Below, in pieces: positions 38,346 to 47,744 of a DNA stretch of 64,000 nucleotides. How positions within the stretch are numbered: position 1 is the stretch's first letter; each line of letters begins with the position of its first letter. A model generated the notes under the pieces. It ran no database searches, was not told where the DNA came from, and saw only the letters and a list, made by a program, of their open reading frames with translations. The stretch comes from Candidatus Falkowbacteria bacterium HGW-Falkowbacteria-1. Its GTDB lineage: Bacteria; Patescibacteriota; Patescibacteriia; Patescibacteriales; UBA12465. The stretch spans positions 112,074 through 176,073 of the forward strand of contig PHAI01000001.1 of assembly GCA_002840305.1 (NCBI GenBank). Reading direction: 5' to 3'. The position numbers and the translations under genes are program-made.

Positions 38346-39605
38346 ATGTCAAAAATTAAAGAAATAAAAGCTCGAGAAATTTTGGACTCTCGTGGTAACC
38401 CAACGGTTGAAGTTAAGGTTTCTCTTGATAATGGCTTATGGGCCAAAGCTAGTGTTCCGTCTGGAGCGTCCACTGGAGTTCATGAAGCTCATGAGCTTAG
38501 AGATGGAGATAAAAAAAGATATAGCGGAAAGGGCGTACTTAAGGCCGTGAAAAATGTTAATAGTGTTATAGCCAAAAATCTAAAAGGAGAAATTGTATTT
38601 AATCAAGAGAAAATAGATAAGAAAATGTTGCTTCTTGATGGTACTAAGAATAAAAAAAAGTTAGGAGCCAACGCTATTCTGGGCGTTTCTATGGCTGTTG
38701 CCAGAGTAGCCTCTCTAGCCAAGGGCCAAGAGTTATATGAATATCTAGCAGAAACCTTTGATTTTGATAAAAATTATAAATTACCAACCCCGTCATTTAA
38801 CATTTTTAATGGTGGAAAACACGCTGATACCAATCTAGATTTTCAAGAATTCATGATCGTCCCTAATTCTAATATAGAGAAGTTTTCAGAAAAATTGAGA
38901 ATGGGCTCAGAAATATTCCATGAATTAGGCAGAGTTTTAAAAGATGCCGGCCTTGATACTGATGTTGGTAATGAAGGAGGTTATGCTCCAAATATTACTT
39001 CTACTATTTGTGCTATAGAATATATTATTTTAGCGGCTGAGAGAGTCGGTTACCAACCGGGTGTAGATGTTTTTTTGGGAACGGACGTTGGGTCTTCTGA
39101 ATTATATAACGCTAAAGAGAAAAAGTATATCTTTACTTTAGACAATACTAAAATGGGAGCTTATGATTTAATAACTCTTTATCATGAATGGGTCAGAAAA
39201 TATCACATGATGTTTATAGAGGACGGTTTAGCCGAAGATGATTGGGATAATTGGAAAATACTTAGCAAAGAGTTGGGAGATAAAATTATGTTAATTGGCG
39301 ATGATTTGTTTGTGACAAATGAAGAAAGGCTGAAGAAAGGAATAAAAAACAAAGTGGCTAACTCAATCTTGATAAAGTTAAATCAAGTAGGAACAGTAAG
39401 CGAGACCATGAAGACTATCAAGTTGGCCCAAAAGAATAATTATAAATTAATGGTTTCTCATCGTAGCGGAGAAACATGTGATGATTTTATCGCTGATCTT
39501 TCGGTGGCGGTTGGGGCGGAGTTTATTAAATCTGGCTCATTGTCTAGGGGCGAGAGACTTGCTAAATATAATAGATTATTGGAGATAGAAGAAAATTTAG
39601 CTTAA
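38346..39605 (+). CDS. eno: Enolase
   Basis: The protein is full-length with IKAREILDSRGNPTVEV at the N-terminus and SHRSGETED-like …SHRSGETCD. Confidence 0.95.
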   Translation: MSKIKEIKAREILDSRGNPTVEVKVSLDNGLWAKASVPSGASTGVHEAHELRDGDKKRYSGKGVLKAVKNVNSVIAKNLKGEIVFNQEKIDKKMLLLDGTKNKKKLGANAILGVSMAVARVASLAKGQELYEYLAETFDFDKNYKLPTPSFNIFNGGKHADTNLDFQEFMIVPNSNIEKFSEKLRMGSEIFHELGRVLKDAGLDTDVGNEGGYAPNITSTICAIEYIILAAERVGYQPGVDVFLGTDVGSSELYNAKEKKYIFTLDNTKMGAYDLITLYHEWVRKYHMMFIEDGLAEDDWDNWKILSKELGDKIMLIGDDLFVTNEERLKKGIKNKVANSILIKLNQVGTVSETMKTIKLAQKNNYKLMVSHRSGETCDDFIADLSVAVGAEFIKSGSLSRGERLAKYNRLLEIEENLA

Positions 39606-39614
39606 ATTTTGTTT

Positions 39615-40472
39615 ATGGATAATACAAATAAAAAAAAGACAGTCGTTCTCTTGACCATAAATGCCTGGGGAGTTTCTTCTGATGTCGAAAACAATGCGAT
39701 AAGAAAAGCTAAAATTGAAGATTTTAAAGATTTGGTTGCCAGTTATCCTTCGACAATAATCAAAACCTGTTCTGATAAGTTGAGTGAAAATTATAGAATC
39801 TTGGGTCTGGGGTTGAAGAGTGATAATTATTTTTATAACAAAAACTCTTTATCTAAAATTATTGATCAAAATAATTTTAGTCAAATAAAAATAGCTGATA
39901 GTGAAAATTTCCCATTAGTTTCAGTTTTTTTTAATAATCAAGAAGAGAAGTTTATTAATGAGGATTGGAAAATAGTAAAAAATAAAAAAGCCCTGTCCGA
40001 TCTTTTTTTTAGTGTTGATGAAAAGATAATTAAAGAAACCGTTAGTACTATCAAGTCTGGCAAATACGATTTTATTTTTTCTAATCTGTCCGAAATGGGC
40101 GATGCGGCCTTGTCTGGTGATTTTGGTCAAACAATTTCGGCCGTAGAAAAAACCTCTCTTGGTCTAAAAAAAATAGCCAATGCAGTTCTAGAAGAAGAAG
40201 GAACCTTGATCGTGCTTGGAGCTTATGGAGCGGCTGAGGATGTTTTTAATGTTAATACCAAAATTTCTAATTTTTCCAAGACTTCGAATCCGGTCCCTTT
40301 TTTGATCGTGGGGAAAGATTATCAAGGGAAAACTATAGGCCTAGAAGAAGCGCCCAACAATGACTTGAGCTTAATAAAAACTCAAGGTGATTTTTCTGAT
40401 ATTGCGCCAACAGTATTAAAAATAATGGGCCTGGATATTTATCCAGAGATGACAGGTGAGAGCTTTGTATAG
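39615..40472 (+). CDS. Domain-minimised homologue of 2,3-bisphosphoglycerate-independent phosphoglycerate mutase (phosphatase-domain remnants only; catalytic residues substituted)
   Basis: The N-terminus VVLLTINAWG parallels iPGM VxIILDGWG with Asp replaced by Asn. The MGNSEVGH Ser motif is absent. C-terminal AYGAAE (vs ADHGNAE), NPVPFLIV and GDFSDIAPTVLKIMGL…EMTGESFV match the iPGM C-terminus. Confidence 0.5.
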   Translation: MDNTNKKKTVVLLTINAWGVSSDVENNAIRKAKIEDFKDLVASYPSTIIKTCSDKLSENYRILGLGLKSDNYFYNKNSLSKIIDQNNFSQIKIADSENFPLVSVFFNNQEEKFINEDWKIVKNKKALSDLFFSVDEKIIKETVSTIKSGKYDFIFSNLSEMGDAALSGDFGQTISAVEKTSLGLKKIANAVLEEEGTLIVLGAYGAAEDVFNVNTKISNFSKTSNPVPFLIVGKDYQGKTIGLEEAPNNDLSLIKTQGDFSDIAPTVLKIMGLDIYPEMTGESFV

Positions 40473-40490
40473 TATTTATTAATCATAAAA

Positions 40491-40949
40491 ATGAAAAAAA
40501 CAGATTTTAAAAAGTTAAATAAAGTTCAACAGGAGCTTCTCGAAAAAGCTTTTGAGGCGATGAAAAATTCTTATAATCCCTATTCCAATTTTTATGTTGG
40601 AGCGGCCATTTTAAGTGACGACGAAAGGATGGTTGGTGGAGCAAATGTAGAAAATGCGGCTTATGGAACTACTGTCTGTGCCGAGTGTTCGGCCTTGGTT
40701 AGGGCTAGAGCTGAAGGTATAAAAAAAATAATTAAGGTGGCCGTAATCGGCAGAAATAGTAAGCAGCTAGTGTCCGATCCAGTTTCTCCTTGTGGTGCTT
40801 GTCGCCAAATGATATTTGAATTTTCTCAAGTTTCAGATTTCGATATTGAAGTAATTATGTCGAATACCAAGATGGATAAAATTATTATTGCTAAAATAAG
40901 CGAACTTTTGCCACTGGGCTTTGGTCCAAAAAGTTTTGATAAAATATAA
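40491..40949 (+). CDS. cdd: Cytidine deaminase
   Basis: CAECSA and PCGACRQ zinc-binding motifs are present. Confidence 0.85.
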   Translation: MKKTDFKKLNKVQQELLEKAFEAMKNSYNPYSNFYVGAAILSDDERMVGGANVENAAYGTTVCAECSALVRARAEGIKKIIKVAVIGRNSKQLVSDPVSPCGACRQMIFEFSQVSDFDIEVIMSNTKMDKIIIAKISELLPLGFGPKSFDKI

Positions 40950-40994
40950 CAATTTAGTTTATAATTTGGATTGTTTTTGTTTTTTAAATTAAAC

Positions 40995-41026
40995 AAAAAG
41001 AGAGGCAATTTTGCCTCTCTTTTTTA
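40995..41026. terminator. Bidirectional terminator
   Basis: aaaaa-gagaggca-attt-tgcctctc-tttttt. Confidence 0.5.
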
Positions 41027-41066
41027 TATCGAGTTTGGTTGTTGAATATTTTTAATGATTGTTGTT

Positions 41067-41510
41067 TTATGAAAATAATAAATACAATGAAATCGCGATC
41101 ATTATTCCCAACATTGATCCAGCCAAAACTTCTATTTTTGTGTGACCGATTCTTTCCTTCATTTTTGGATATTTTTGGTCTAAGAATTGATCCTCGCTTA
41201 AGTCTTCAACTAATATATTTATTATTCCACCTTGTTGGCCTAAGTACATTCTTAATTTTAGAGCATCGTTTATAACTATTACGGCGAAGGCCAATGACAT
41301 GGCGAATAAACCAGAGTCGAAGCCCTCTACTAAGCCGATTATAGTAACCAAGGAAATAACGAATGCGCTGTGTCCTGATGGCATTCCGGCGTAGGTAAGG
41401 GCGAAAAAATCTTTCCATTTCATCTTGTTTTTTTTATTTAGGATTATTTTTAGAGCCTGCGCCGTTATCACTGCCACAAAAGGAGTGATTAGAATTAAGT
41501 AAGAATTCAT
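41067..41510 (-). CDS. Divergent PAP2 / acid-phosphatase-vanadium-haloperoxidase-related membrane protein (YuiD/DUF212-like)
   Basis: GMPSGHSA is present and about 4 TM helices are predicted by eye. Confidence 0.65.
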   Translation of the reverse strand: MNSYLILITPFVAVITAQALKIILNKKNKMKWKDFFALTYAGMPSGHSAFVISLVTIIGLVEGFDSGLFAMSLAFAVIVINDALKLRMYLGQQGGIINILVEDLSEDQFLDQKYPKMKERIGHTKIEVLAGSMLGIMIAISLYLLFS

Positions 41511-41540
41511 ATTTTTTTATTATAATATTTTTGAATATAT

Positions 41541-43580
41541 TTAGATGTCTAGATTTGAAACATTTTTGGCGTGTGTTTGAATAAAATTCTTTCTTTTAGA
41601 AACATCATCACCCATTAACATGTCAAAGACTATATCTGCTTTGCCGGCGTCTTCTACTGTTACTTGTTTTACTATTCTGCTGGCCGGATTCATAGTTGTC
41701 TCCCATAATTGTTCTGGATTCATTTCACCTAAACCTTTGTACCTCTGAATAAATAATTTTTTGCTCTTTTTTTCTTCATCTTTATCAGCGGATTTTTTAG
41801 ATTTTTTATTTTTTGTTTCTTCCTCTGTCCCTTCTCGACTTTCCTCTGTCTCTTCGGCCGTCTCTTCTTCTTTCACGTCTCCCCCTAATTCTTTAATTAT
41901 TTTGTTTTTTTCTTCTTCAGTGTAGGCATATTTAGAAGAAGATCCTTTCTTGATCTGATAAAGGGGGGGCTGAGCGATATAAATATTACCATTAGTGACG
42001 AGCGGATTGAAGTATCTGAAAAATAGAGTCAGGAGCAGGGTCCTGATATGCGAACCATCAACATCGGCATCGGTCATAATTATAATTCGACTATAACGAA
42101 GTTTTTCTATATCTATTTGGTCCCCAATATTTGTGCCTAGGGCTATGACTAAATTTTTGATTTCGTTGTTAACTAGCATTTTATCCAAACGAGCTCTTTC
42201 TACGTTCAAGATTTTTCCTCTAAGTGGCAATATAGCCTGAAATCGTCGATCCCTGCCTTGTTTAGCACTACCTCCAGCCGAATCACCCTCTACTATATAT
42301 AATTCGCATTCAGCAGCTTTATTGCTTGAGCAATCAGCTAATTTTCCCGGCAAAGTCATTCCCTCTAAAGCGCCTTTTCTTAGAATACTAGCTCTAGCTG
42401 TCCTGGCCGCTAATCTGGCCTGGGCTGATAAGAAGCATTTGCCAATAATACTTTCGGCTTCTTTTGGATTTTCTTCTAAAAACATCGAAAAAGATTCACC
42501 AAAAATTTGCTCAACATAAGTTTTCATTTCTGCATTACCAAGCTTACCCTTGGTTTGTCCTTCAAATTGTGGGTCTGGTAATTTTACACTTACGATAGCA
42601 GTTAATCCCTCGCGCACGTCTTCTCCTGTTAAATTTTCATCTTTTTCTTTTAAAATATTTTTGCTTCTAGCATAGGAGTTCAGAGTTCTGGTGAGAGCTG
42701 TTTTAAAACCAATCAGATGAGTTCCGCCGTCGACATTGTAGATGTTGTTGGCAAAAGGGAGGGTGGTTTCATTGTATTCATCGTTATATTGTAGGGCTAC
42801 TTCTATTTTGCATTCGTTAATTTCTTTTTCAATATAAAAAACAGTGTCATGTTTAACATTTTTTTGTCTATGAAGTGATTTGATGTATGACTTTATACCA
42901 CCTTCAAAATAAAATTTATATTTTTTGGGGCTATGTTTTGGTCTTTCATCGCTTATATTTATTGTAATTCCTTTGGTTAAATATGTTTGTTGTCTTAAGC
43001 GATCTAAGATTTTTCCCCAATCAAATTCTGTTTCAGTAAAAATACTCTGATCAGCTTTAAAACTTATTATTGTCCCTGTTTTTTTTGTTGTACCAACGGC
43101 CTTGATGTTTTTTAAGGGTTTCCCAATTTTGTATTCTTGTTCCCATATTTTACCATCACGGTGTATTTCAGCTTTTAAATATTCACTTAAAGCATTGACA
43201 ACAGAAACTCCTACGCCATGAAGACCTCCGGAGATTTTGTATCCACCTCCACCAAATTTTCCACCAGCGTGCAATTTTGTTAAAACTGTTTCTAAGGCTG
43301 AGAGGCCGGTTACCTTATGTCTTTCAACTGGGATACCACGACCATTATCGGCTACTTCAACTATACCGTTGTTTAAAAGTCTTACGCTTACTTCGTCGGC
43401 ATATCCAGCCATAGCTTCGTCTATGCAATTGTCGACAACCTCCCAGATTAAGTGGTGTAGTCCGGCCGAAGAGGTAGAGCCAATATACATTCCGGGTCTT
43501 TTTCTGACAGGGTCTAGGCCTTCAAGGACGGTGATAGAATCGGCTCCGTAGTCTGATTTAATTTTTTTCTTGTCTTCCAT
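41541..43580 (-). CDS. gyrB: DNA gyrase subunit B (type IIA topoisomerase B subunit) with an acidic insertion near the C-terminus
   Basis: GLHHLIWEVVDNCIDE (GHKL), LHAGGKFGGGGYK, the Toprim EGDSAGG motif and PLRGKILN are present. The insertion is EETAEETEESREGTEEETKNKKSKK. Start set at MEDKKK. Confidence 0.9.
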   Translation of the reverse strand: MEDKKKIKSDYGADSITVLEGLDPVRKRPGMYIGSTSSAGLHHLIWEVVDNCIDEAMAGYADEVSVRLLNNGIVEVADNGRGIPVERHKVTGLSALETVLTKLHAGGKFGGGGYKISGGLHGVGVSVVNALSEYLKAEIHRDGKIWEQEYKIGKPLKNIKAVGTTKKTGTIISFKADQSIFTETEFDWGKILDRLRQQTYLTKGITINISDERPKHSPKKYKFYFEGGIKSYIKSLHRQKNVKHDTVFYIEKEINECKIEVALQYNDEYNETTLPFANNIYNVDGGTHLIGFKTALTRTLNSYARSKNILKEKDENLTGEDVREGLTAIVSVKLPDPQFEGQTKGKLGNAEMKTYVEQIFGESFSMFLEENPKEAESIIGKCFLSAQARLAARTARASILRKGALEGMTLPGKLADCSSNKAAECELYIVEGDSAGGSAKQGRDRRFQAILPLRGKILNVERARLDKMLVNNEIKNLVIALGTNIGDQIDIEKLRYSRIIIMTDADVDGSHIRTLLLTLFFRYFNPLVTNGNIYIAQPPLYQIKKGSSSKYAYTEEEKNKIIKELGGDVKEEETAEETEESREGTEEETKNKKSKKSADKDEEKKSKKLFIQRYKGLGEMNPEQLWETTMNPASRIVKQVTVEDAGKADIVFDMLMGDDVSKRKNFIQTHAKNVSNLDI

Positions 43581-43904
43581 ATTTATATAATAAAATAATA
43601 ATAAAAAAAGCAATAACAAACAAAAACAAGAGTTTTTATTTGCCTAACTCCATTAATATTGTAACAAATTAATTGGGGGGAGTAAAGGGGATGGGGTGGG
43701 ATTCTTGAGATTTTTAAGATTCTTGAGATCCTTGAGATTTTAGAAAAGCGCTGTTTGTGGGTAGGTGGGATGGCCAGGATTAATATTCAAGGGAGCCAAT
43801 GAAATCTGGCATGAAACTGGCTTGACTTTTGCAAGAAAGTGTGCCATAATTGCAAGTTAGTTTCAGGACTTTAAAAAATAAGGGGCTTTAAGTTAATTGT
43901 TAAG

Positions 43905-43975
43905 CTAATCTTTTTCTTTTGTCATCTTGACCGAATGAGGAGAGTGGCGACAAGCGATCAAAGAGATCTGTAAAC
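43905..43975 (+). repeat. Partial copy (5' arm) of the small repeat element family A
   Basis: ctttttcttttgtcatcttgaccgaatgagg…gagatctg matches the 5' half of the 47745..47866 element. Confidence 0.45.
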
Positions 43976-44026
43976 TAGATTGATTTAGCAATTAACTTAA
44001 TTATAAACCTTCAAAAATTAAAAAAC

Positions 44027-44419
44027 ATGAAAACAAAAGAAGTTTTTTCGGCGGAGTTAGTTGAAACAGTTAAGCACGATTTGAAGTGGGAGAGGGGCTC
44101 TGCTGTAATATTTGTTTGTGCATTTTTAGGGATTGGGATATCCGTTTTATTATTTCATTTCCATCTTTTGCTAGGAATAGATCCTTCCTGGCTTTATCTA
44201 TTTATTGTGTTGTGCCCAGTTATTGGCATGATTGTTAACTCTTTTTTTCCTTATTCTAATGATAAAAAAATTAAAAGGAGGCTCGAACGAATTATATCTC
44301 AAAGAAAAAGTTTTAATTCCGACCAAATTGCTTCCTTGATAATAGAGATTGAAGAAAAAAAGGATGAGTTAGAAGAGCTTCGACACGAAACGATGCTCTT
44401 GGGTGAAATTGATTATTAA
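44027..44419 (+). CDS. Small membrane protein of unknown function
   Basis: Two hydrophobic helices with a charged C-terminus. Confidence 0.35.
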   Translation: MKTKEVFSAELVETVKHDLKWERGSAVIFVCAFLGIGISVLLFHFHLLLGIDPSWLYLFIVLCPVIGMIVNSFFPYSNDKKIKRRLERIISQRKSFNSDQIASLIIEIEEKKDELEELRHETMLLGEIDY

Positions 44420-44442
44420 TTTAAAAACAGGAGGAAGTCAAA

Positions 44443-44826
44443 ATGCCGATAATTATTGTGTATGGAATTTCAGAAAAAGAAGATTCTGCTTTTCTCGAAA
44501 TGTTTATTGATCTTGTGCGGTCCAAAGTTGCCAGTATTGAAGAACTGAAAATTAAAAAAGAACAAGTTTCAGTTTTTCTCCAAAGAGATCTTGTGGTTAA
44601 AGGATTGGGCGAAGAAATAATCATTTTCGTTGAAGGTTTGATTAGTAGACCGGAAAGGACGGAGGAAGTGAAAAAAAAATTAGCCATGGAATTGGTTATT
44701 AAAGTGAACGAATCTTTTCCTAAAACTCTTTTTGTTGATTGTATTATCAAACCTTTAAGTTCTGGCGACATTTGCGCTTACGGAGAAATAAAGGGGAATA
44801 TGTTTTTTACCGATTTTAGAGATTAA
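44443..44826 (+). CDS. Hypothetical protein
   Basis: 127 aa starting MPIIIVYG. A good hairpin terminator lies downstream. Confidence 0.4.
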   Translation: MPIIIVYGISEKEDSAFLEMFIDLVRSKVASIEELKIKKEQVSVFLQRDLVVKGLGEEIIIFVEGLISRPERTEEVKKKLAMELVIKVNESFPKTLFVDCIIKPLSSGDICAYGEIKGNMFFTDFRD

Positions 44827-44845
44827 TTTTTTAAATTGGTTTATT

Positions 44846-44876
44846 AGCTGGCATTATAAATTGCCAGCTTTTTTTA
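44846..44876 (+). terminator. Rho-independent terminator
   Basis: agctggca-ttataaat-tgccagct followed by ttttttt. Confidence 0.55.
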
Positions 44877-44895
44877 GATTTAATGTTTAAGATTT

Positions 44896-45050
44896 TTTTA
44901 AAATGCGAACATTGGAAAAATTTTGAAAAAATCATAAGCGTAAAAAGCGTGTAAAATTTAATTGTTTGAGGCTGGATGAAATTTAGCCGAGCCTTAAAGT
45001 TTGCCAGCTTTTATAGTGATTGTTACGAAATCTTGAGTTGCTGGCGATTT
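44896..45050 (+). repeat. Conserved intergenic element family B, copy 1 (candidate structured ncRNA or repeat)
   Basis: By eye this is about 70-75% identical over ~170 nt to the reverse complement of 54318..54510. It shares the exact 23-mer cgtaaaaagcgtgtaaaatttaa. Confidence 0.5.
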
Positions 45051-45096
45051 CCTGCCTGCCGGCAGGCAGGTTGTGCCACTTTTTTAAAAAAGTGGC
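45051..45096. repeat. Two adjacent perfect palindromes (GC-rich 10+10 and 11+11)
   Basis: cctgcctgcc|ggcaggcagg, then ttgt, then gccactttttt|aaaaaagtggc, about 80 bp upstream of the epimerase gene. Confidence 0.8.
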
Positions 45097-45174
45097 TCGA
45101 GAAAAAATGTTTTTTGACTTTTAGGCAGTTTTAATATAAAATTTAAGTATAAATAAAAAAATATAACATAATTT

Positions 45175-46107
45175 ATGTTTAAAATTTTAGTTACAGGTGG
45201 GGCCGGTTTCATTGGTTCCAATTTAGTTAATAAACTGCTTGATTTGGGTCATGAGGTTGTTGTCATTGATGATTTATCTAGTGGCAAAAAGGAATATTTA
45301 AATCCTGTGGCCAAATTTTATCATATTGATATTAACGATAAAAAAGTAAATGACATTTTTAAAGCAGAAAGTTTTGACTACGTTTGTCACTTGGCAGCTC
45401 AAATAGATGTTAGAAAATCGGTAGAAAATATGACTTTTGATAATCAGGTTAATGTTTTGGGCGGGATAAATATTTTAAAAAATTGTCACAATTTTAATGT
45501 TAAAAAAATAATTTTTTCTTCTTCTGGTGGAGCGGCCTATGGCTTTCCTGATAAAATTCCGACCAAAGAACATCATCCAACCTATCCCGTTTCTCCTTAT
45601 GGTATAAATAAAATCTGTTTTGAAAAATATTTAAATTATTATTATAAAGTTTTTGGTCAGAAATATATTGCCCTTCGTTTAGCTAACGTTTATGGTCCGA
45701 GGCAGTACAAAGGAGGAGAGGCTGGGGTTATTGCTAATTTTACCAGCAATGCCATAGCTCAAAAAAAGAGTTTTATTTACGGAGATGGTTTGCAGACCAG
45801 GGACTATATTTATGTTGATGATGTAGTAGAGGCTTTTGTTTTGTCGATTCAGTCTGATTTTATAGGAGAGCTTAATGTTGGTACAGGAATAGAAAAAAAT
45901 CTCTTGGAAGTTGTGGAGGCCATAGAAGCTTCTTTGGGAAGTAAATTAGAAATAGAATATCAAGAAGCAAAATTAGGTGAAGAAAGAAGGAGTGCTCTCG
46001 ATGCTTCACTGGCTAAAGAAAAATTAAATTGGGAAGCAAAAATTGATCTAAACGAAGGAATAAAAAGAACTATTGAGTGGGCAAGTAATAACAATTTTCC
46101 CTCGTAA
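45175..46107 (+). CDS. NAD-dependent epimerase/dehydratase (UDP-glucose 4-epimerase-like)
   Basis: The Rossmann motif TGGAGFIGSN and the YxxxK region (…SPYGINK…) are present. Confidence 0.85.
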   Translation: MFKILVTGGAGFIGSNLVNKLLDLGHEVVVIDDLSSGKKEYLNPVAKFYHIDINDKKVNDIFKAESFDYVCHLAAQIDVRKSVENMTFDNQVNVLGGINILKNCHNFNVKKIIFSSSGGAAYGFPDKIPTKEHHPTYPVSPYGINKICFEKYLNYYYKVFGQKYIALRLANVYGPRQYKGGEAGVIANFTSNAIAQKKSFIYGDGLQTRDYIYVDDVVEAFVLSIQSDFIGELNVGTGIEKNLLEVVEAIEASLGSKLEIEYQEAKLGEERRSALDASLAKEKLNWEAKIDLNEGIKRTIEWASNNNFPS

Positions 46108-46187
46108 CTGAAATTACTACGGAAAAACAAGTTAAATTAATAATAGCTGGATTCCAGCTTTTGCTGGAATGACAAGGCTTTGGGTAT

Positions 46188-46949
46188 ATGTCTAAAAAAA
46201 TAATTGCTGGAAATTGGAAAATGAATTTGGATTACAAAAATTCTTTAATTTTGGCGGAAAAAATTAGCAAAATTTTGGCCTTTAAAAAATCTAGGAATGA
46301 GATTATAATTTTTCCTGATTTTTCTTCTTTGCTTTCCATTTCTCAAATCGTAAAAAAGAGTCAGATAAATATTGGAGCTCAAGACGTGGCCGCTTTTCCG
46401 CTTGGAGCCTATACTGGAGAGATATCGACAGAGACTTTAAAACAAATAAATTGTAAATATATTTTGATTGGACATAGTGAAAGGAGACAATATTTTGGTG
46501 ATAATAACTTTGTTGCTGATAAATTAGAAAATGTTATAAAAAATAGCAAAATTACTCCTATTTTATGTATTGGTGAAAGCTTGGTAGAAAGAAAAAAGGG
46601 TGAAACCTTTAAAGTCTTAAGCAAACAGTTAAGTGATGCTTTTTCCAAAATTAAATTAGAAAATATCGTAAATAGAAAAATAATAATTGCCTATGAACCA
46701 GTTTGGGCAATTGGGACAGGTTTGGTCGCTGAGGTAAATGATATAATTTTGGCACACAGAGAAATAAAAAAATGTTTTTCTAAAATGTTTAAGGGCGATA
46801 AAGTAAGAGAGGTTCAAGTTTTGTATGGTGGCAGTGTAAACGTTAACAACTTTTTAGATTTAGAAAATTTAAAAGAAGTTGATGGCCTATTGATAGGAGG
46901 AGCTAGTTTAAAGGCTGGTGACTTTCTTGATATAGCTTTTAATTTTTAA
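46188..46949 (+). CDS. tpiA: Triosephosphate isomerase
   Basis: AGNWKMN, IGHSERR and …YEPVWAIGTG… are present. Confidence 0.9.
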   Translation: MSKKIIAGNWKMNLDYKNSLILAEKISKILAFKKSRNEIIIFPDFSSLLSISQIVKKSQINIGAQDVAAFPLGAYTGEISTETLKQINCKYILIGHSERRQYFGDNNFVADKLENVIKNSKITPILCIGESLVERKKGETFKVLSKQLSDAFSKIKLENIVNRKIIIAYEPVWAIGTGLVAEVNDIILAHREIKKCFSKMFKGDKVREVQVLYGGSVNVNNFLDLENLKEVDGLLIGGASLKAGDFLDIAFNF

Positions 46950-46953
46950 ACAT

Positions 46954-47739
46954 ATGTATAATATTTGGCCACTTATAATAATTTTAATTAGTTTGTTGGT
47001 TGTTTTGTTTATTGTCATGAGGCGATTTCCTGCTTTGGCAGTGCTAGACGTTGATAACATCCCGGAAGAAAAAGAACAGCAGATAAAAGAAAAAATAATT
47101 AAAAGCAGAATTAAAAGAAAGTTTTCTTATTTAGACAAATTTTTTGCTTTAGTGGGTAGACTCTTTCTTAAAATATCTAAATATATTTGGGATAGTTTAG
47201 ATAATTTTAAAAAAAAGCAAGAAAAAAAAATAGAAAGTAGCATGTTGTCTGGTGTTGGCGAAGGAGAACAGTTAAGGTTTTTGTTTAATCAAGTGGAGAC
47301 TTTAATCAAAGAAGAAAAACTGGAAGAAGCTGAACAAAAATTAATTGAAATGATAAGTCTTGATGATAAAAATTTGTTAGCCTTTTCTGAATTGGGAAAA
47401 CTATATCATTTTGAGGGTAAGCTTCAAGAGGCTAGACAGACCTTGCTTTACGCTTTAAAATTAGCTGAAGTAGAAAATTTGAAAACCGACCAAGCTGAAT
47501 TAAATTATAATCTATCTTTAATAGCCAAGGATTTGAAAGACATAGATGGTGCAATTTTGAGTTTATTGAAAGCCCTAGATAAAGATGCTAAAAATCCTAG
47601 GTATCTTGATTTAATGTTAGATTTGTGTATAATTAAAAAAGATAAAAATCTAGCATTGGAATATTTAGTGAGAATAAAAGAAGTAAATCCGGAGAATCAA
47701 AATATTTTGGAATGGGAGAGAGAGGTAGGAAATCTTTAG
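46954..47739 (+). CDS. TM-anchored TPR-repeat protein
   Basis: An N-terminal TM helix is followed by TPR-like helical repeats (AFSELGKLYHFEGKLQEARQ…). Confidence 0.45.
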   Translation: MYNIWPLIIILISLLVVLFIVMRRFPALAVLDVDNIPEEKEQQIKEKIIKSRIKRKFSYLDKFFALVGRLFLKISKYIWDSLDNFKKKQEKKIESSMLSGVGEGEQLRFLFNQVETLIKEEKLEEAEQKLIEMISLDDKNLLAFSELGKLYHFEGKLQEARQTLLYALKLAEVENLKTDQAELNYNLSLIAKDLKDIDGAILSLLKALDKDAKNPRYLDLMLDLCIIKKDKNLALEYLVRIKEVNPENQNILEWEREVGNL

Positions 47740-47744
47740 GATTT

